A program made the position numbers and the translations under genes. From Oikopleura dioica (lineage: Eukaryota > Animalia > Chordata): a DNA stretch of 64,000 nt. The notes under the pieces are model-generated. The model made no database searches and was not told the origin of the DNA. It was given only the letters and a program-made list of their open reading frames with translations. This document shows, one piece after another, positions 63,979 through 64,000 of the stretch (the first letter of the stretch is position 1; each line of letters opens with the position of its first letter). The stretch covers positions 6,572,001 to 6,636,000 of the forward strand of contig OU015567.1 in assembly GCA_907165135.1 (NCBI GenBank), in the 5' to 3' direction.

Positions 63979-64000
63979 CTGAGTTGAGCAACCTGTGTAG
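63979..64000. mobile_element. Left end of another family-A MITE (in an EXOC7 intron, truncated by the window)
   Basis: CTGAGTTGAGCAACCTGTGTAG. Confidence 0.6.

Overview
Compact, gene-dense eukaryotic DNA with many ~40-80 nt introns, some apparently GA-AG. This pattern, plus a g-type lysozyme and a short-LTR gypsy element, points to the appendicularian tunicate Oikopleura (inference). Start to end: 3' end of a Ty3/gypsy retrotransposon (integrase, PPT, 194-bp LTR); two secreted Cys-rich/Kelch-like paralogs; lysozyme g; adenylate kinase 9; a carbohydrate sulfotransferase; a serpin-like gene; a C2CD6-like gene; a 4-copy ~2.26-kb tandem array of a secreted mucin-VWA gene; a lectin-like gene with a 2.3-kb nest of transposons; USF; ZP-domain and IFI27-like genes; orphan genes; a second sulfotransferase-like gene; and a tight minus-strand cluster (DNAJC11-like, NDUFAF8-like, EXOC7). 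The most striking signal is a palindromic MITE family (about 11 copies or fragments, 8-bp TSD) whose terminal inverted repeat carries a splice acceptor (TTCTACACAG|G) 14 nt from each end. Three copies sit inside coding exons of otherwise intact genes, and each can be removed in frame using that acceptor, leaving a short peptide scar. This is an introner-like hypothesis that needs RNA data. Several single-base homopolymer frameshifts in conserved genes suggest assembly errors, so frameshift-based pseudogene calls here are unreliable. All family assignments are by motif recognition; no database searches were run.
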